From Calothrix sp. NIES-2098 (GTDB taxonomy: Bacteria; Cyanobacteriota; Cyanobacteriia; Cyanobacteriales; Nostocaceae): DNA of 64,000 bases. How positions within the stretch are numbered: position 1 is the first letter of the stretch; every line of letters starts with the position of its first letter. The notes beneath the pieces are model-generated. The model saw only the letters and a program-made list of their open reading frames with translations. It searched no databases and was not told the origin of the DNA. The DNA is taken from NCBI GenBank assembly GCA_002368175.1, contig AP018172.1, forward strand, positions 221,599-285,598. Reading direction: 5' to 3'. Shown in pieces: positions 9,891-19,356 of this stretch. The position numbers and the translations under genes were made by a program.

Positions 9891-9975
9891 TTCTTAGTTG
9901 TAGAAATTCAACGACAGATAAACACCGATAAACATTTCTGTGTTTATCTGCTCCCTTCCCAAATCCCTTAAAACC

Positions 9976-11274
9976 ATGTCCCTAGCCTCGTTTTTAGCAC
10001 GTCGTTCGCTTCACTATGGCTGGCTTGTCGCAGGTTTAACATTCTTAGCGTTATTAGTAGCAGCCGGAATTCGTTCTGCACCAGGAGTTCTGATTGTACC
10101 CTTAGAGCAGGAGTTTGGCTGGAGCAGAGCTACTATCTCCTTGGCAATTTCCCTGAATTTAGTACTGTATGGACTGATTGGCCCGTTTGCGGCTGCGGTT
10201 ATGGAACGCATCGGTATTCGCCGGACGATGGTATTTGCGCTGGCTTTTATCGCTCTTGGTGTTGGTTTAACCACTTTCATGTCAGCTTCCTGGCAGTTAG
10301 TCTTGCTTTGGGGAATCATTGTCGGTAGTGGTAGCGGAGTCATCGCCTTAGTATTAGGTGCGGTTGTTGTCAATCGTTGGTTTGTGGAACGGCGGGGTTT
10401 GGTTCTGGGAATTCTGACGGCCAGCACAGCTACCGGACAACTAGTGTTTCTGCCGATATTGGCGTCGGTCGTGGAAAGGTTGGGATGGCGAACAGCTACC
10501 TTAGCTTTAGCTGGTATTGCACTTGTAGTTACTCCCGCGATCGCCTTATTCATGCGCGATCGCCCTGCGGAAGTTGGCTTGCGGCCTTTTGGCGATTACA
10601 GCGAAACTGTGGAAGTAATACCGCCAAAAGTCAATTCCATCACTTCAACACTCAGTAAAATTTGGCAGGGCTTCAAATCTCGTGACTTTTGGTTGTTATG
10701 TAGCAGTTTTTTTATCTGTGGTGCCAGCACTAACGGACTCATTGGTACTCATCTAATTCCCGCTTGTATCGATCATGGTATCCCTGAAGTTAAGGCTGCG
10801 GGACTGTTGGCGATTATGGGAATTTTTGATTTTATCGGCACAACTATTTCCGGTTGGTTGTCCGATCGCTGGAACAATCGCTACTTGCTTTGCTGGTACT
10901 ACGGTCTGCGGGGTATATCCCTAATTTTTCTACCCTTCAGTTTTCACTTCTCATTCTACGGACTTTCAATCTTTGCAATCTTCTACGGACTCGACTGGAT
11001 TGCCACAGTACCGCCCACAGTTCGTCTTGTAGCTAACGTCTTCGGCAAAGAGAATGTCGGCGTCATGTTCGGCTGGATTGTCGCCGGACATCAACTCGGC
11101 GCAGCTACAGCCGCCTTCGGAGCCGGAGCGCTGAGAACCTGGCAGGGTAGTTACCTTCAGGCGTTTATTTTTTCGGGTGTTCTGTGTCTGATAGCCGCAG
11201 TCTTAGTGCTACGAATTGGTCAAAGCCCTACTAAGAATAATTCTCAGCTTTCTTCAGCCACCATTAATCCCTAG
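9976..11274 (+). CDS. MFS transporter
   Basis: About 12 predicted TM segments; GxxxDRxGRR-like motif (MERIGIRRTM). Start chosen at MSLASFLARR; the ORF track begins at 9940. Confidence 0.8.
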   Translation: MSLASFLARRSLHYGWLVAGLTFLALLVAAGIRSAPGVLIVPLEQEFGWSRATISLAISLNLVLYGLIGPFAAAVMERIGIRRTMVFALAFIALGVGLTTFMSASWQLVLLWGIIVGSGSGVIALVLGAVVVNRWFVERRGLVLGILTASTATGQLVFLPILASVVERLGWRTATLALAGIALVVTPAIALFMRDRPAEVGLRPFGDYSETVEVIPPKVNSITSTLSKIWQGFKSRDFWLLCSSFFICGASTNGLIGTHLIPACIDHGIPEVKAAGLLAIMGIFDFIGTTISGWLSDRWNNRYLLCWYYGLRGISLIFLPFSFHFSFYGLSIFAIFYGLDWIATVPPTVRLVANVFGKENVGVMFGWIVAGHQLGAATAAFGAGALRTWQGSYLQAFIFSGVLCLIAAVLVLRIGQSPTKNNSQLSSATINP

Positions 11275-11296
11275 TCAGCAAAAGGAAATCGCACCT

Positions 11297-11986
11297 ATGC
11301 CAAAAACAGCTTTAATAGTTGGAGCAGGTAATGGATTAAGTGCCTCTATCGCTCGTTTATTTGCCAAAGAAGGACTGAACATAGCCTTAGCTGCTCGCAG
11401 CATTGAGAAACTGACTCAGCTGAGTAGTGAAATTGGAGCGGTTAGCTTTGCTGCTGATGCTTCCAAACCAGAGGAGGTAGATCGGTTATTTGTCGATGTC
11501 GAAAATAAACTCAGTGCCCCGACAGTTGTTGTTTACAATCCTAGTTTTCGAGTCCGCGGGGCTTTAATTGATTTAGATCCTAATGAAGTTGCAAAAACTT
11601 TAGACATCACTGCCTACGGAGGCTTTCTGGTTGCCCAAGCTGCCGCTAGAAGGATGTTACAGCAGGGAGGCGGTGCTATCTTTTTTACTGGAGCCTCAGC
11701 AAGCGTTAAAGGTTATGCACAATCTGCACCTTTTGCGATGGGAAAATTTGCACTCAGGGGTTTAGCTCAAAGCATCGCCAGGGAACTAGCACCCAAGAAT
11801 ATCCATGTGGCGCATTTTGTAATCGATGGAGCCATTCGTTCCACAGAACGCCAAGATCCAAAAGACAACCCTGATAGTACTCTCGATCCTGATGCGATCG
11901 CCCAAACTTATCTCAACATCTTAAATCAACCCCGCAGCGCTTGGACTTGGGAAGTAGAATTGCGCCCTTGGGTCGAGCGTTTTTAA
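11297..11986 (+). CDS. SDR-family oxidoreductase
   Basis: MPKTALIVGAGNGLSASIARLFAKEGLNIALAARS with AAGGAAA RBS upstream. The ORF track begins at 11216 and overlaps the MFS gene; the internal start is preferred. Confidence 0.8.
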   Translation: MPKTALIVGAGNGLSASIARLFAKEGLNIALAARSIEKLTQLSSEIGAVSFAADASKPEEVDRLFVDVENKLSAPTVVVYNPSFRVRGALIDLDPNEVAKTLDITAYGGFLVAQAAARRMLQQGGGAIFFTGASASVKGYAQSAPFAMGKFALRGLAQSIARELAPKNIHVAHFVIDGAIRSTERQDPKDNPDSTLDPDAIAQTYLNILNQPRSAWTWEVELRPWVERF

Positions 11987-12020
11987 TCAAGTTTCCCAGA
12001 TTTTTACCGAGCTACTAAAG

Positions 12021-12791
12021 ATGAAAATAGATTTCGGTATAACTGCCAATGATTACGCCAAACACCGCGCTGGTTTTCCTAATTCCTTATTTGACAGACT
12101 ATCTAAATACGGTATTGGTTTACCAGGGCAAAACATTGTTGACCTCGGTACAGGAACAGGAACCTTAGCACGAGGCTTTGCTACTAGAGGGGCGAAGGTG
12201 ATTGGCATAGACCCATCAGTATCACTTGTAGAACAAGCGAAGCAATTAGACCAAGCCGCCCAGGTTCAGGTAGAGTATCGCATAGCAACTGCGGAAAATA
12301 CTGGCTTACCAGATGCTAGCGTTGATGTGGTGACTGCTGGGCAATGCTGGCATTGGTTCGACCGTCCCCGCGCTGTGCAGGAAGTCAAGCGGATTTTGAG
12401 AGCTGATGGTTACATTGCGATCGCTCATTTTGATTGGATACCTTTAAAAGCTAATGTAGTTGAAGCTACAGAAAAACTGATAGAAGCTCACAATCCCCAA
12501 TGGAAAATGGGCGGCGGAAGTGGTTTGCATCCCCAGTGGTTACAAGACACTGCCGAGGGAGGATTCCAAGAAATTCAAACCTTCTCCTATGATATCTTTG
12601 TACCTTACACTCACGAAGATTGGCGCGGACGGATACGTGCTAGCGCTGGTGTAGGAGCCAGTCTCACTACAGAACAAGTAGAAGTATTTGACCAGGAATT
12701 AGCAACATTATTGCAAGAAAAATATCCTACACCAATTTTGCAGGTTCACCATAGAGTTTGGGCTGCAATTGCTAAATTACCACATTCATAA
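12021..12791 (+). CDS. Class I SAM-dependent methyltransferase
   Basis: NIVDLGTGTGTLARGFATRGAKVIGIDPS is SAM-binding motif I. Confidence 0.8.
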   Translation: MKIDFGITANDYAKHRAGFPNSLFDRLSKYGIGLPGQNIVDLGTGTGTLARGFATRGAKVIGIDPSVSLVEQAKQLDQAAQVQVEYRIATAENTGLPDASVDVVTAGQCWHWFDRPRAVQEVKRILRADGYIAIAHFDWIPLKANVVEATEKLIEAHNPQWKMGGGSGLHPQWLQDTAEGGFQEIQTFSYDIFVPYTHEDWRGRIRASAGVGASLTTEQVEVFDQELATLLQEKYPTPILQVHHRVWAAIAKLPHS

Positions 12792-12915
12792 ACTACATCA
12801 GTTGGCAGCACGAGATACGTCAGACTAAGTAGAGATAATTCAAATTGCTCAAAAATTAAATTTTTCCTTCCGCCTTCTGCCTTTTACTTAATCACAAAAT
12901 TCAGGAGAAATAAGC

Positions 12916-13614
12916 ATGATTGACCTTTACTATTGGACAACTCCGAACGGTCATAAAATCACAATTTTCTTAGAAGAAGTTGGGCTTCCATACAACATTA
13001 TTCCAGTAAATATTGGTGCTGGCGATCAATTCAAGCCAGAGTTTCTCAAGATTGCGCCTAACAATCGCATTCCAGCAATTGTTGATAACGAACCTGTTGG
13101 TGGAGGTGAACCAATCTCGGTTTTTGAGTCTGGTGCAATTCTGCTGTATTTAGCAGAAAAAACCGGGAAGTTAATTCCGCAAGATGTGCGTAAACGCGTA
13201 GAGGTTTTACAATGGCTATTCTGGCAGATGGCAGGTTTAGGGCCAATGGCGGGACAGAACCACCACTTTAGCCAATACGCACCAGAAAAAATTGACTATG
13301 CTATTAACCGCTACGTCAAAGAAACAGGACGCTTGTATGCAGTCTTAAATAAGAGACTAGCAGATAGAGAATTTGTGGCTGGCGAATATTCGATTGCTGA
13401 TATTGCCGCTTATCCCTGGATTGTACCTTATGAAAATCAACGTCAAAACTTAGAAGATTTTCCTAATTTAAAGCGCTGGTTTGAGGCAATAAAAGCACGT
13501 CCGGCAACAATTCGCGCTTACGAAAAAGCAGAAGCATTTAAAAATCAGGCATTAGATATTGAAAAGTCACAGGATTTATTATTTAATCAATCTGCCCAGA
13601 CTATTCAACGTTGA
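12916..13614 (+). CDS. yfcG: YfcG-like glutathione S-transferase / GSH-dependent disulfide-bond oxidoreductase
   Basis: MIDLYYWTTPNGHKITIFLEEVGLPYNIIPVNIGAGDQFKPEFLKIAPNNRIPAIVD...ESGAILLYLAEKTG aligns nearly colinearly with E. coli YfcG, recalled from memory. AGGAGA RBS upstream. Confidence 0.8.
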   Translation: MIDLYYWTTPNGHKITIFLEEVGLPYNIIPVNIGAGDQFKPEFLKIAPNNRIPAIVDNEPVGGGEPISVFESGAILLYLAEKTGKLIPQDVRKRVEVLQWLFWQMAGLGPMAGQNHHFSQYAPEKIDYAINRYVKETGRLYAVLNKRLADREFVAGEYSIADIAAYPWIVPYENQRQNLEDFPNLKRWFEAIKARPATIRAYEKAEAFKNQALDIEKSQDLLFNQSAQTIQR

Positions 13615-13663
13615 ACCTGATACCTTAATCCCAATTATTCGCAATTAATAATTGTGTAGGGTG

Positions 13664-13864
13664 GGCATTGCCTAAGCTGTTGACTCTGTGCCTTTTTAGG
13701 AGTTAAAAAATCATGCAAAATCTGTGCCGTCATTGCGAGGAGGAACGACGAAGCAATCCCAGAATATTTGCGATTGCGTCGCTTCGCTCGCAATGACAGT
13801 AGACAAAAATAGCATGAACCAAAAACGCCGAAATTCCATCAAAGTGAACAGCCTAGGCATTGCC
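13664..13864. mobile_element. MITE-like insertion (about 183-bp body with a 9-bp direct repeat GGCATTGCC) inside a palindromic repeat
   Basis: Left junction is GTAGGGTG|GGCATTGCC|TAAGCTGTTGACTCTGTG.... Right junction is ...CAAAGTGAACAGCCTA|GGCATTGCC|CACCTA. Removing the body and one TSD restores GTAGGGTGGGCATTGCCCACCTA, whose intact relative is at 36071-36093. Imperfect terminal inverted repeats are TAAGCTGTTGACTCTG / CAAAGTGAACAGCCTA. Internal hairpin GTCATTGCGAG...CTCGCAATGAC. No coding capacity. Confidence 0.65.
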
Positions 13865-13883
13865 CACCTATAAATTTTAGCTA

Positions 13884-14381
13884 CTACGTAGAAACATCAC
13901 CAGTAGGAATAAGAATCTGGATACCGTACTTAGGAGCAACTGTGATAATTTTCTCAATAGCTTCAGGAGTAATAGGTGGAGGAGGAGCCAGGGGACTCGC
14001 TACTTTAGTACCCACTTCTGCAAAGAATTTTTCAATACCTGCTGGTGTTGTCCAACATAACAATTTCCCGGTTGTTGAACCAATATTTTTAAAGTAGTGA
14101 AGTTGACCTTTGGGGGAGTGAAGAAAAGTGCCAACATTAGCAACAATCGTTTCTTCGTCTAGGTGAAATTCAAACGTGCCTTCTTGAATATAAAAAGCTT
14201 CGTCTTCCTGAGTATGAATGTGTGGTGGCGGCCCTATCTGTGGCTCTACAAAAATTTCAAACAAGGCATATTTCCCATCTGTATCTTCGCTGACTGCTTT
14301 AAAAGTAACTACATCACCAGCTACTGAGTAAGCATCACCTTGACCGGGTTGCATTAATAAACCATTTTGATTGATAGTCAT
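13884..14381 (-). CDS. Cupin-domain protein
   Basis: PPPHIHTQEDEAFYIQEGTFEFHLDEE is the cupin motif G(X)5HXH(X)3,4E(X)6G-like core. Confidence 0.7.
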   Translation of the reverse strand: MTINQNGLLMQPGQGDAYSVAGDVVTFKAVSEDTDGKYALFEIFVEPQIGPPPHIHTQEDEAFYIQEGTFEFHLDEETIVANVGTFLHSPKGQLHYFKNIGSTTGKLLCWTTPAGIEKFFAEVGTKVASPLAPPPPITPEAIEKIITVAPKYGIQILIPTGDVST

Positions 14382-14598
14382 GTTGATAATATTGCTTGAA
14401 TTGAATAGTCATAATATTGACTTGATTTAAGTTAATAAACAAGTGAAAACATCTGTCTATTACAGAGCTTGAAAAATTTTTGTATAACTTATAGATTTGA
14501 AATAAAACTCAAGATGGCTACGAATATATTTCGTTAGTTATGTTTCTAATTATTATTCATCTGCTGCTCCAATGATGTTAAAGAACTTCATTTCAAAC

Positions 14599-15742
14599 TA
14601 ATACCAATTCACGAAAAGCCTGATACAAATAAAGCATCCAGAATAAAACCCCAACCTGTAATAGAAGCAACAATGAAGTTGTTTAATTGCTCAAGGCGTT
14701 GCCAGATAGCTGTTCTTAACTCGTCTAAATTGGCAAAGCATTCCCAACTTAAATTTCTTTTAACTTCTTCCCATAACCTTTCAATGGGATTGACCTGGGG
14801 AGTATGTGGAGGTTGAAATAAGAAAATAATATTTTCGGGAATTTGAAGTGTCTGGCTTAAATGAAAAGCACCATTATCTAATTGAAGAATATGTATATCG
14901 TCTGGATATGTAGCCGCAAATTGTTCTAGAAAGATATTGAAACAAGCTGTGTTGAGATGAGAAAATTCCCAAATATAATACTCCCCAGTTAATGGTTCTA
15001 CTAAACCGTATAAATAGAAATTTTCTCTTCTCCATTGCATGATGCCGATAGGTTTAATGCCACAAAGCGTAATCAGTCTTCCTAATTCTGTTTTTAATCC
15101 TACACGGCTTTCATCACCACACCAGTATCTAATTCTTTTGTGTTTATCCTTTGGCTCTATAACGTGTTTTTTAATGACTTCTAGGTATTGTGGCAGTTTT
15201 TTTTAAATTCTGATTCTGCTTCTTCGTGATGTTTTATCCCTACTGCTCTTGGCACTTTTAATTTGGCTTTCATTCGATAACGTACTGTATCATGTACTAC
15301 TTTATATGATGCTTCTATTCCCTCCACTGCTTTTAGCCATGTTCGGATTTCTTCATAACTTTTAAATCCTTCTGGTTGTTCTAGTTCTTTTAAAAGTTGC
15401 TCTTTTGCTTCTGACTTAATAATTGGCGGTCGTCCTGTACTTTTTTTTATTACTAACAGACCTGTAATTCCTGATTGTGTATAAGCCTTTAACCATCGCT
15501 GTACTGTTACTCTTCCTCTGCCCAGAACAACACCTACATCCTGTATTGTTTTTACTTGTCCCATTTTCAGCAAATACAAAGCTTGTATTCTTTCACGGCT
15601 TGATGCGGTTTTTTGTTTTAACAGCAGTTCATGTAACTCTTCGACTGACTCTTTTATTTCAACTTTAGTTACTCCAGCCATTTTTATTGTTCATATTTAT
15701 TCCTTAATTATTTGTATCATACTTTTAGTTAATTGGTATAAC
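14599..15742 (-). mobile_element. IS630-family insertion sequence, about 1.14 kb
   Basis: Terminal inverted repeats: left TAATACCAATTCACGAAAAGCCTGATACAAAT, and right (reverse complement) TTATACCAATTAACTAAAAGTATGATACAAAT. A TA lies at the left junction. Encodes orfA (HTH) and orfB (DDE) in a -1 relationship. Confidence 0.8.
14609..15681 (-). CDS. IS630-family transposase. orfA (15181..15681, HTH) and orfB (14609..about 15211, DDE) are joined by a putative programmed -1 ribosomal frameshift at A_AAA_AAC
   Basis: orfA ends ...ESEFKKNCHNT*. The heptamer A AAA AAC (minus-strand, complement of 15197..15205) sits 12 nt before the orfA stop. The -1 frame is open from exactly this point and reads KLPQYLEVIKKH...CGDESRVGL...LQLDNGAFH...NPIERLWEE, a DD(~32)E motif. 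Confidence 0.75.
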
Positions 15743-15838
15743 TTTAATCAAACCTAATGTTAAAAAATCTCCGCGTCATCAATTCGATGACACGAAGTTG
15801 GACAAGCGACATCAATTTGCAAATGTAGAGTTCAGAAA

Positions 15839-18025
15839 TTAACTGACTGTAATCACAGTTGCTAAACTCTCGTTCGCTAACCTGTTAATTGCGGAGACTG
15901 CATAGGTTCCCGTCCCTACAGTGGCAAAGTTTGTCCCAGCAGATAAAACTCGTTGAATTACCCAGTTATCCCCAGTTTGGCGATAAAGCGCCCAAGAACG
16001 AACTGGTTGGTTATCACCAGGTTGCCAATTGAGTTTACCGTTAACATATTGCAATCCTGTGGGGGGTGCTGGTGGTGTTGTATCATGCCAAGGCAAAATA
16101 GGAGTTAGGGCGGGTTTGTTATAAAGCAGACTTTGGAATTTATCAGCAATTCCCTGGCTATTTTCCATCAATACACCCAAATTAAAGAAAATATTCCCCA
16201 AAGATAAAAGTCCAGCTTGGCTACGACTAATTATTACCTGCTTTTCAATCTCTTCACTCTCCCGACTCTTGTTGCTGGGTTCCGTTAAATTGTTACCAGC
16301 GTAAACGTGTTTTTGTTTTGTGTTTACTTGTGTCCACCACTTGAGTAAGGCAGAATAACTTTGTTGTGTTTGGTCGGTACGCCAGTAAAGTTGAGGTGCA
16401 ATGTAATCAATCCAACCTTGTTCTAGCCATTTTTTCGAGTCAGCGTAGAGTACATCGTAAGCATCTAAGCCAGTAATTCCTGATGGTTGTCCGGGGCGAT
16501 AAATACCAAAGGGACTAATGCCAAATTTAACGTAGGGTTTTGCAGCTTTAATTCCTTCAGCTAGACGCACCACCATGAGATTGACATTTTCTCTACGCCA
16601 GTCACCCAAGCTGAGTCCGCCACCAGCGTTTTTATAAGCTGCGTAGGTTTTGTTATCGGGGAAAGTTTGACCTGATATGGGATAGGGATAAAAATAATCA
16701 TCTAAGTGTACGCCATCGATGTCATAACGGCGCACAACATCAAGAATAACGTTGTAAGCCCGATCTTGAACAACTTTCAATCCTGGGTCCATCCACAGCT
16801 GATTACCCCATTTATAAACAACTTCGGGATTAGTTACAGCTATATGGGGGCTGACATTTGAACCTTGCTGGATTGAAGTTTTAGCGCGATAGGGGTTGAA
16901 CCAAGCATGAAGTTCAATATTGCGCTTGTGACATTCTACGATCGCAAACTCTAAGGGGTCATAAAATGGTTCTGGTGCTTTACCCTGAGTTCCTGTCAGC
17001 CAAGCACTCCAAGGTTCTAATGATGAAGCATACAAAGCATCGCCTTCTGGCCGTACCTGCAAAATTAAAGCATTAAAGTTCAGCTGCTGTAATTTGGTGA
17101 TAATTGCCAGTAGTTCCGATTTCTGCTGTGCAGCAGGTAGTCCAGCTTTGGAAGGCCAGTCACTATTCCAGACTGATGCTACCCAAGCCCCGCGAAACTC
17201 CCGTTGATGGCTTACCCTGACTGTATTAGATGGTACTGGGGTTGGTGTTGGCGTCGGCGTCGGTGTTGGCGTTGGTACTGGAATGGGTATAGGTGTTGGT
17301 GTTGGAATGGGAGTGGGTGTCGGCGTTGGGGTTGGTATTGGAATCGGTATCGGCGTTGGTGTAGGTGTCGGTGTTGGACTCGGTGTTGGAGTGGGTGCTG
17401 GCGTCGGTGGAATCACTAAGTAGGCAGAGGAAATTTTATCTGCTTGCCCTAGATACACCAAAGCTTGATAGACTATTACTGCGACATCAGCACGAGTCGC
17501 TGCGATATTTGGGTTAAGTAATTTAATATTTGGATAGCTAGCGACTAAACCTGCACTTGTGGCAATAGCTACCTGATTTTTAGCATAGTCTGCGATCGCA
17601 TTTGCATCTTGATAGAATTGCGACAATTTACTAACCAAGTCAGGTTTGATTTTAGTAGCAAGATCCAAGCCGTTGACTATCGCAACAAAAACATCTCCTC
17701 TAGAAATTCTATTGTCAGGACGAAAAGTGCGATCGGGATATCCACTAATAAATCCTGTCTCATAAGTTTTTTGAATAGCATTAAAAGCCCAGTGTTTAGC
17801 AGGTACATCGCTAAAAGGGACATATTGCCGCTTTGGAGGTACTGTAAAGACTGCCCCAATAATGGCAGCAAATTCCGCACGAGTTACTGAGTTATCTGGG
17901 CGAAAAGTCCCGTTAGGATATCCATTTATAATGCGACGCGCTGATAAAGCTTGAATAAATAAGCGTGCCCAATGGTTTTTAATATCCGAGAAAGGTGTAG
18001 AACTAGATACCATTGTGGATTGCAC
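15839..18025 (-). CDS. SLH-domain cell-surface protein with a GHL10 (DUF187/YddW-DigH-like) glycoside-hydrolase-like domain
   Basis: N-terminal region has three SLH-like repeats ([20 protein letters not shown]; [20 protein letters not shown]; ...). A Pro/Thr/Ile linker ([11 protein letters not shown]...) is encoded by tandem DNA repeats at about 17225-17410. Then [18 protein letters not shown]... and an (alpha/beta)8-like region typical of PF02638. Confidence 0.75.
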   Translation of the reverse strand: MQSTMVSSSTPFSDIKNHWARLFIQALSARRIINGYPNGTFRPDNSVTRAEFAAIIGAVFTVPPKRQYVPFSDVPAKHWAFNAIQKTYETGFISGYPDRTFRPDNRISRGDVFVAIVNGLDLATKIKPDLVSKLSQFYQDANAIADYAKNQVAIATSAGLVASYPNIKLLNPNIAATRADVAVIVYQALVYLGQADKISSAYLVIPPTPAPTPTPSPTPTPTPTPIPIPIPTPTPTPTPIPTPTPIPIPVPTPTPTPTPTPTPVPSNTVRVSHQREFRGAWVASVWNSDWPSKAGLPAAQQKSELLAIITKLQQLNFNALILQVRPEGDALYASSLEPWSAWLTGTQGKAPEPFYDPLEFAIVECHKRNIELHAWFNPYRAKTSIQQGSNVSPHIAVTNPEVVYKWGNQLWMDPGLKVVQDRAYNVILDVVRRYDIDGVHLDDYFYPYPISGQTFPDNKTYAAYKNAGGGLSLGDWRRENVNLMVVRLAEGIKAAKPYVKFGISPFGIYRPGQPSGITGLDAYDVLYADSKKWLEQGWIDYIAPQLYWRTDQTQQSYSALLKWWTQVNTKQKHVYAGNNLTEPSNKSRESEEIEKQVIISRSQAGLLSLGNIFFNLGVLMENSQGIADKFQSLLYNKPALTPILPWHDTTPPAPPTGLQYVNGKLNWQPGDNQPVRSWALYRQTGDNWVIQRVLSAGTNFATVGTGTYAVSAINRLANESLATVITVS

Positions 18026-18230
18026 CTAGATGTGATTTTGATTGTCCTATGTTAATTTAGCAACATAAGTGCGATCGCTGCCGACATATAAGCCCACAGC
18101 TAGAAACTAGTTGCTCAAACACACAGAGGAGAGGAGTTTTGAGGCTTTTATAGTAGTCAAACAAGGGAGTTGATGACTATCCTTTGTATTTATATCAGTT
18201 GATTTGATAAAAGTTATGCTTTTAACTGGT

Positions 18231-19340
18231 TTACTTTTCTTTTAAGATTTGAGTACCAGATATACTAGAGCATCCCCACACCTCAACGGTATTTTCTCCA
18301 CTCCAAATGAATAGTTTCTGCCCATCTGAGCTAATTGCAAGACCAGTAATTAACGATGAATGACTGGTGAGACTACAAAGTTCATGTCCTGTCCGAACGT
18401 TCCCCACTTTAATGCTTCCATTTTCTCGACTACCACTAAGTAAAAATTGTCGATCGCGGCTGACCGTAATTACAGGCATATACCCTGAAAGGCTGAAGGT
18501 GCAAATTATTTGTTCTGTTTGCCAATCCCATATTTTATATTTTTGGTCAAAATTTTTATCTTCAGTTACTAAAACTTGGGAATTTGAATAGATAAAATTA
18601 TGACCTCGATCCGACATATAAATATAGGAAATTACTCCTTGTACTTGTATATTCCATAATTCAAAAATTTCTCCGTCAACAGCATTTAAAAATGATTGAC
18701 CATCTAAACTCAAGGCAACATAGCAAAACCAATCTGAGCGTCGATGGGTAGTGAAGATTTTTTCCTTTGTTTTTAGATTCCACACTTCAGCATAATCGTT
18801 ACAATTCCAAAGCCTTAAAACACAATTGTCGGGTGTGATAGCGATTTGATCGAATTTCTTCGTTGCTTCTGATTGGAATGTGCATATTACTTGTTGTGTT
18901 CGCATATTCCAAACTTGAATTGTGTTGTTATAGTTACAAGTAACTAAGGTTTGCCAGTCTGAGCTTACATCTACACAAGTTATCTTGCGAACTTCATCTG
19001 TGTACCTCTCAATAGTAAAAAGATACTCCAACAATAAATAGGAGTTATATTGTTGTAATGCCAATTTAGCTTTTGGCTCTGTACTTTCCTGAAGTAGCCA
19101 ATAAGCTGCTTCTTGAACATCAACTTCTGAGTTCTGTAAAGCTTGAATAATCAAGTCTAAGCCAGCTTCTCCATACTCAAAAGCATCTAGAAGGGCATCA
19201 ATTTTTTGTTCAACCCTTCCATCTGCTAGCAATTGCTTAACTCTTTCAATCTCTCCCAAAACTGCATTATTTGCTGGGAGATTAGAACTATTACTTATAA
19301 AAACATCGGAGTTTCCGGGCTGATACGAATTTGTGGTCAT
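18231..19340 (-). CDS. Degenerate WD40-repeat protein (hypothetical)
   Basis: Repeated ...TIQVWN..., ...LRLWN..., ...YKIWDW..., ...TVEVWG... beta-propeller blades. Start is uncertain between MTTNSYQ at 19340 and 19364. Confidence 0.55.
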   Translation of the reverse strand: MTTNSYQPGNSDVFISNSSNLPANNAVLGEIERVKQLLADGRVEQKIDALLDAFEYGEAGLDLIIQALQNSEVDVQEAAYWLLQESTEPKAKLALQQYNSYLLLEYLFTIERYTDEVRKITCVDVSSDWQTLVTCNYNNTIQVWNMRTQQVICTFQSEATKKFDQIAITPDNCVLRLWNCNDYAEVWNLKTKEKIFTTHRRSDWFCYVALSLDGQSFLNAVDGEIFELWNIQVQGVISYIYMSDRGHNFIYSNSQVLVTEDKNFDQKYKIWDWQTEQIICTFSLSGYMPVITVSRDRQFLLSGSRENGSIKVGNVRTGHELCSLTSHSSLITGLAISSDGQKLFIWSGENTVEVWGCSSISGTQILKEK

Positions 19341-19356
19341 AAGGAATCTGATATAT

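Noticed and set aside
10014-10553. 179-aa minus-strand ORF
   Set aside because: It lies entirely inside the MFS transporter gene on the opposite strand and has a Pro/Thr/Ala-rich low-complexity translation, so it is spurious.
17221-17400. Short tandem DNA repeats (ggtgttggcgtcggc..., and similar at 47395-47490) considered as a possible CRISPR array
   Set aside because: The repeats are 6-15 bp with no spacers, lie inside ORFs and encode PT linkers. No CRISPR-like repeat-spacer structure exists anywhere in the window.
17204-17419. Plus-strand ORF encoding a W/R/C-rich peptide ([24 protein letters not shown]...)
   Set aside because: It is the antisense reading of the Pro/Thr-linker tandem repeats of the SLH-GHL10 gene, so it is a compositional artefact.
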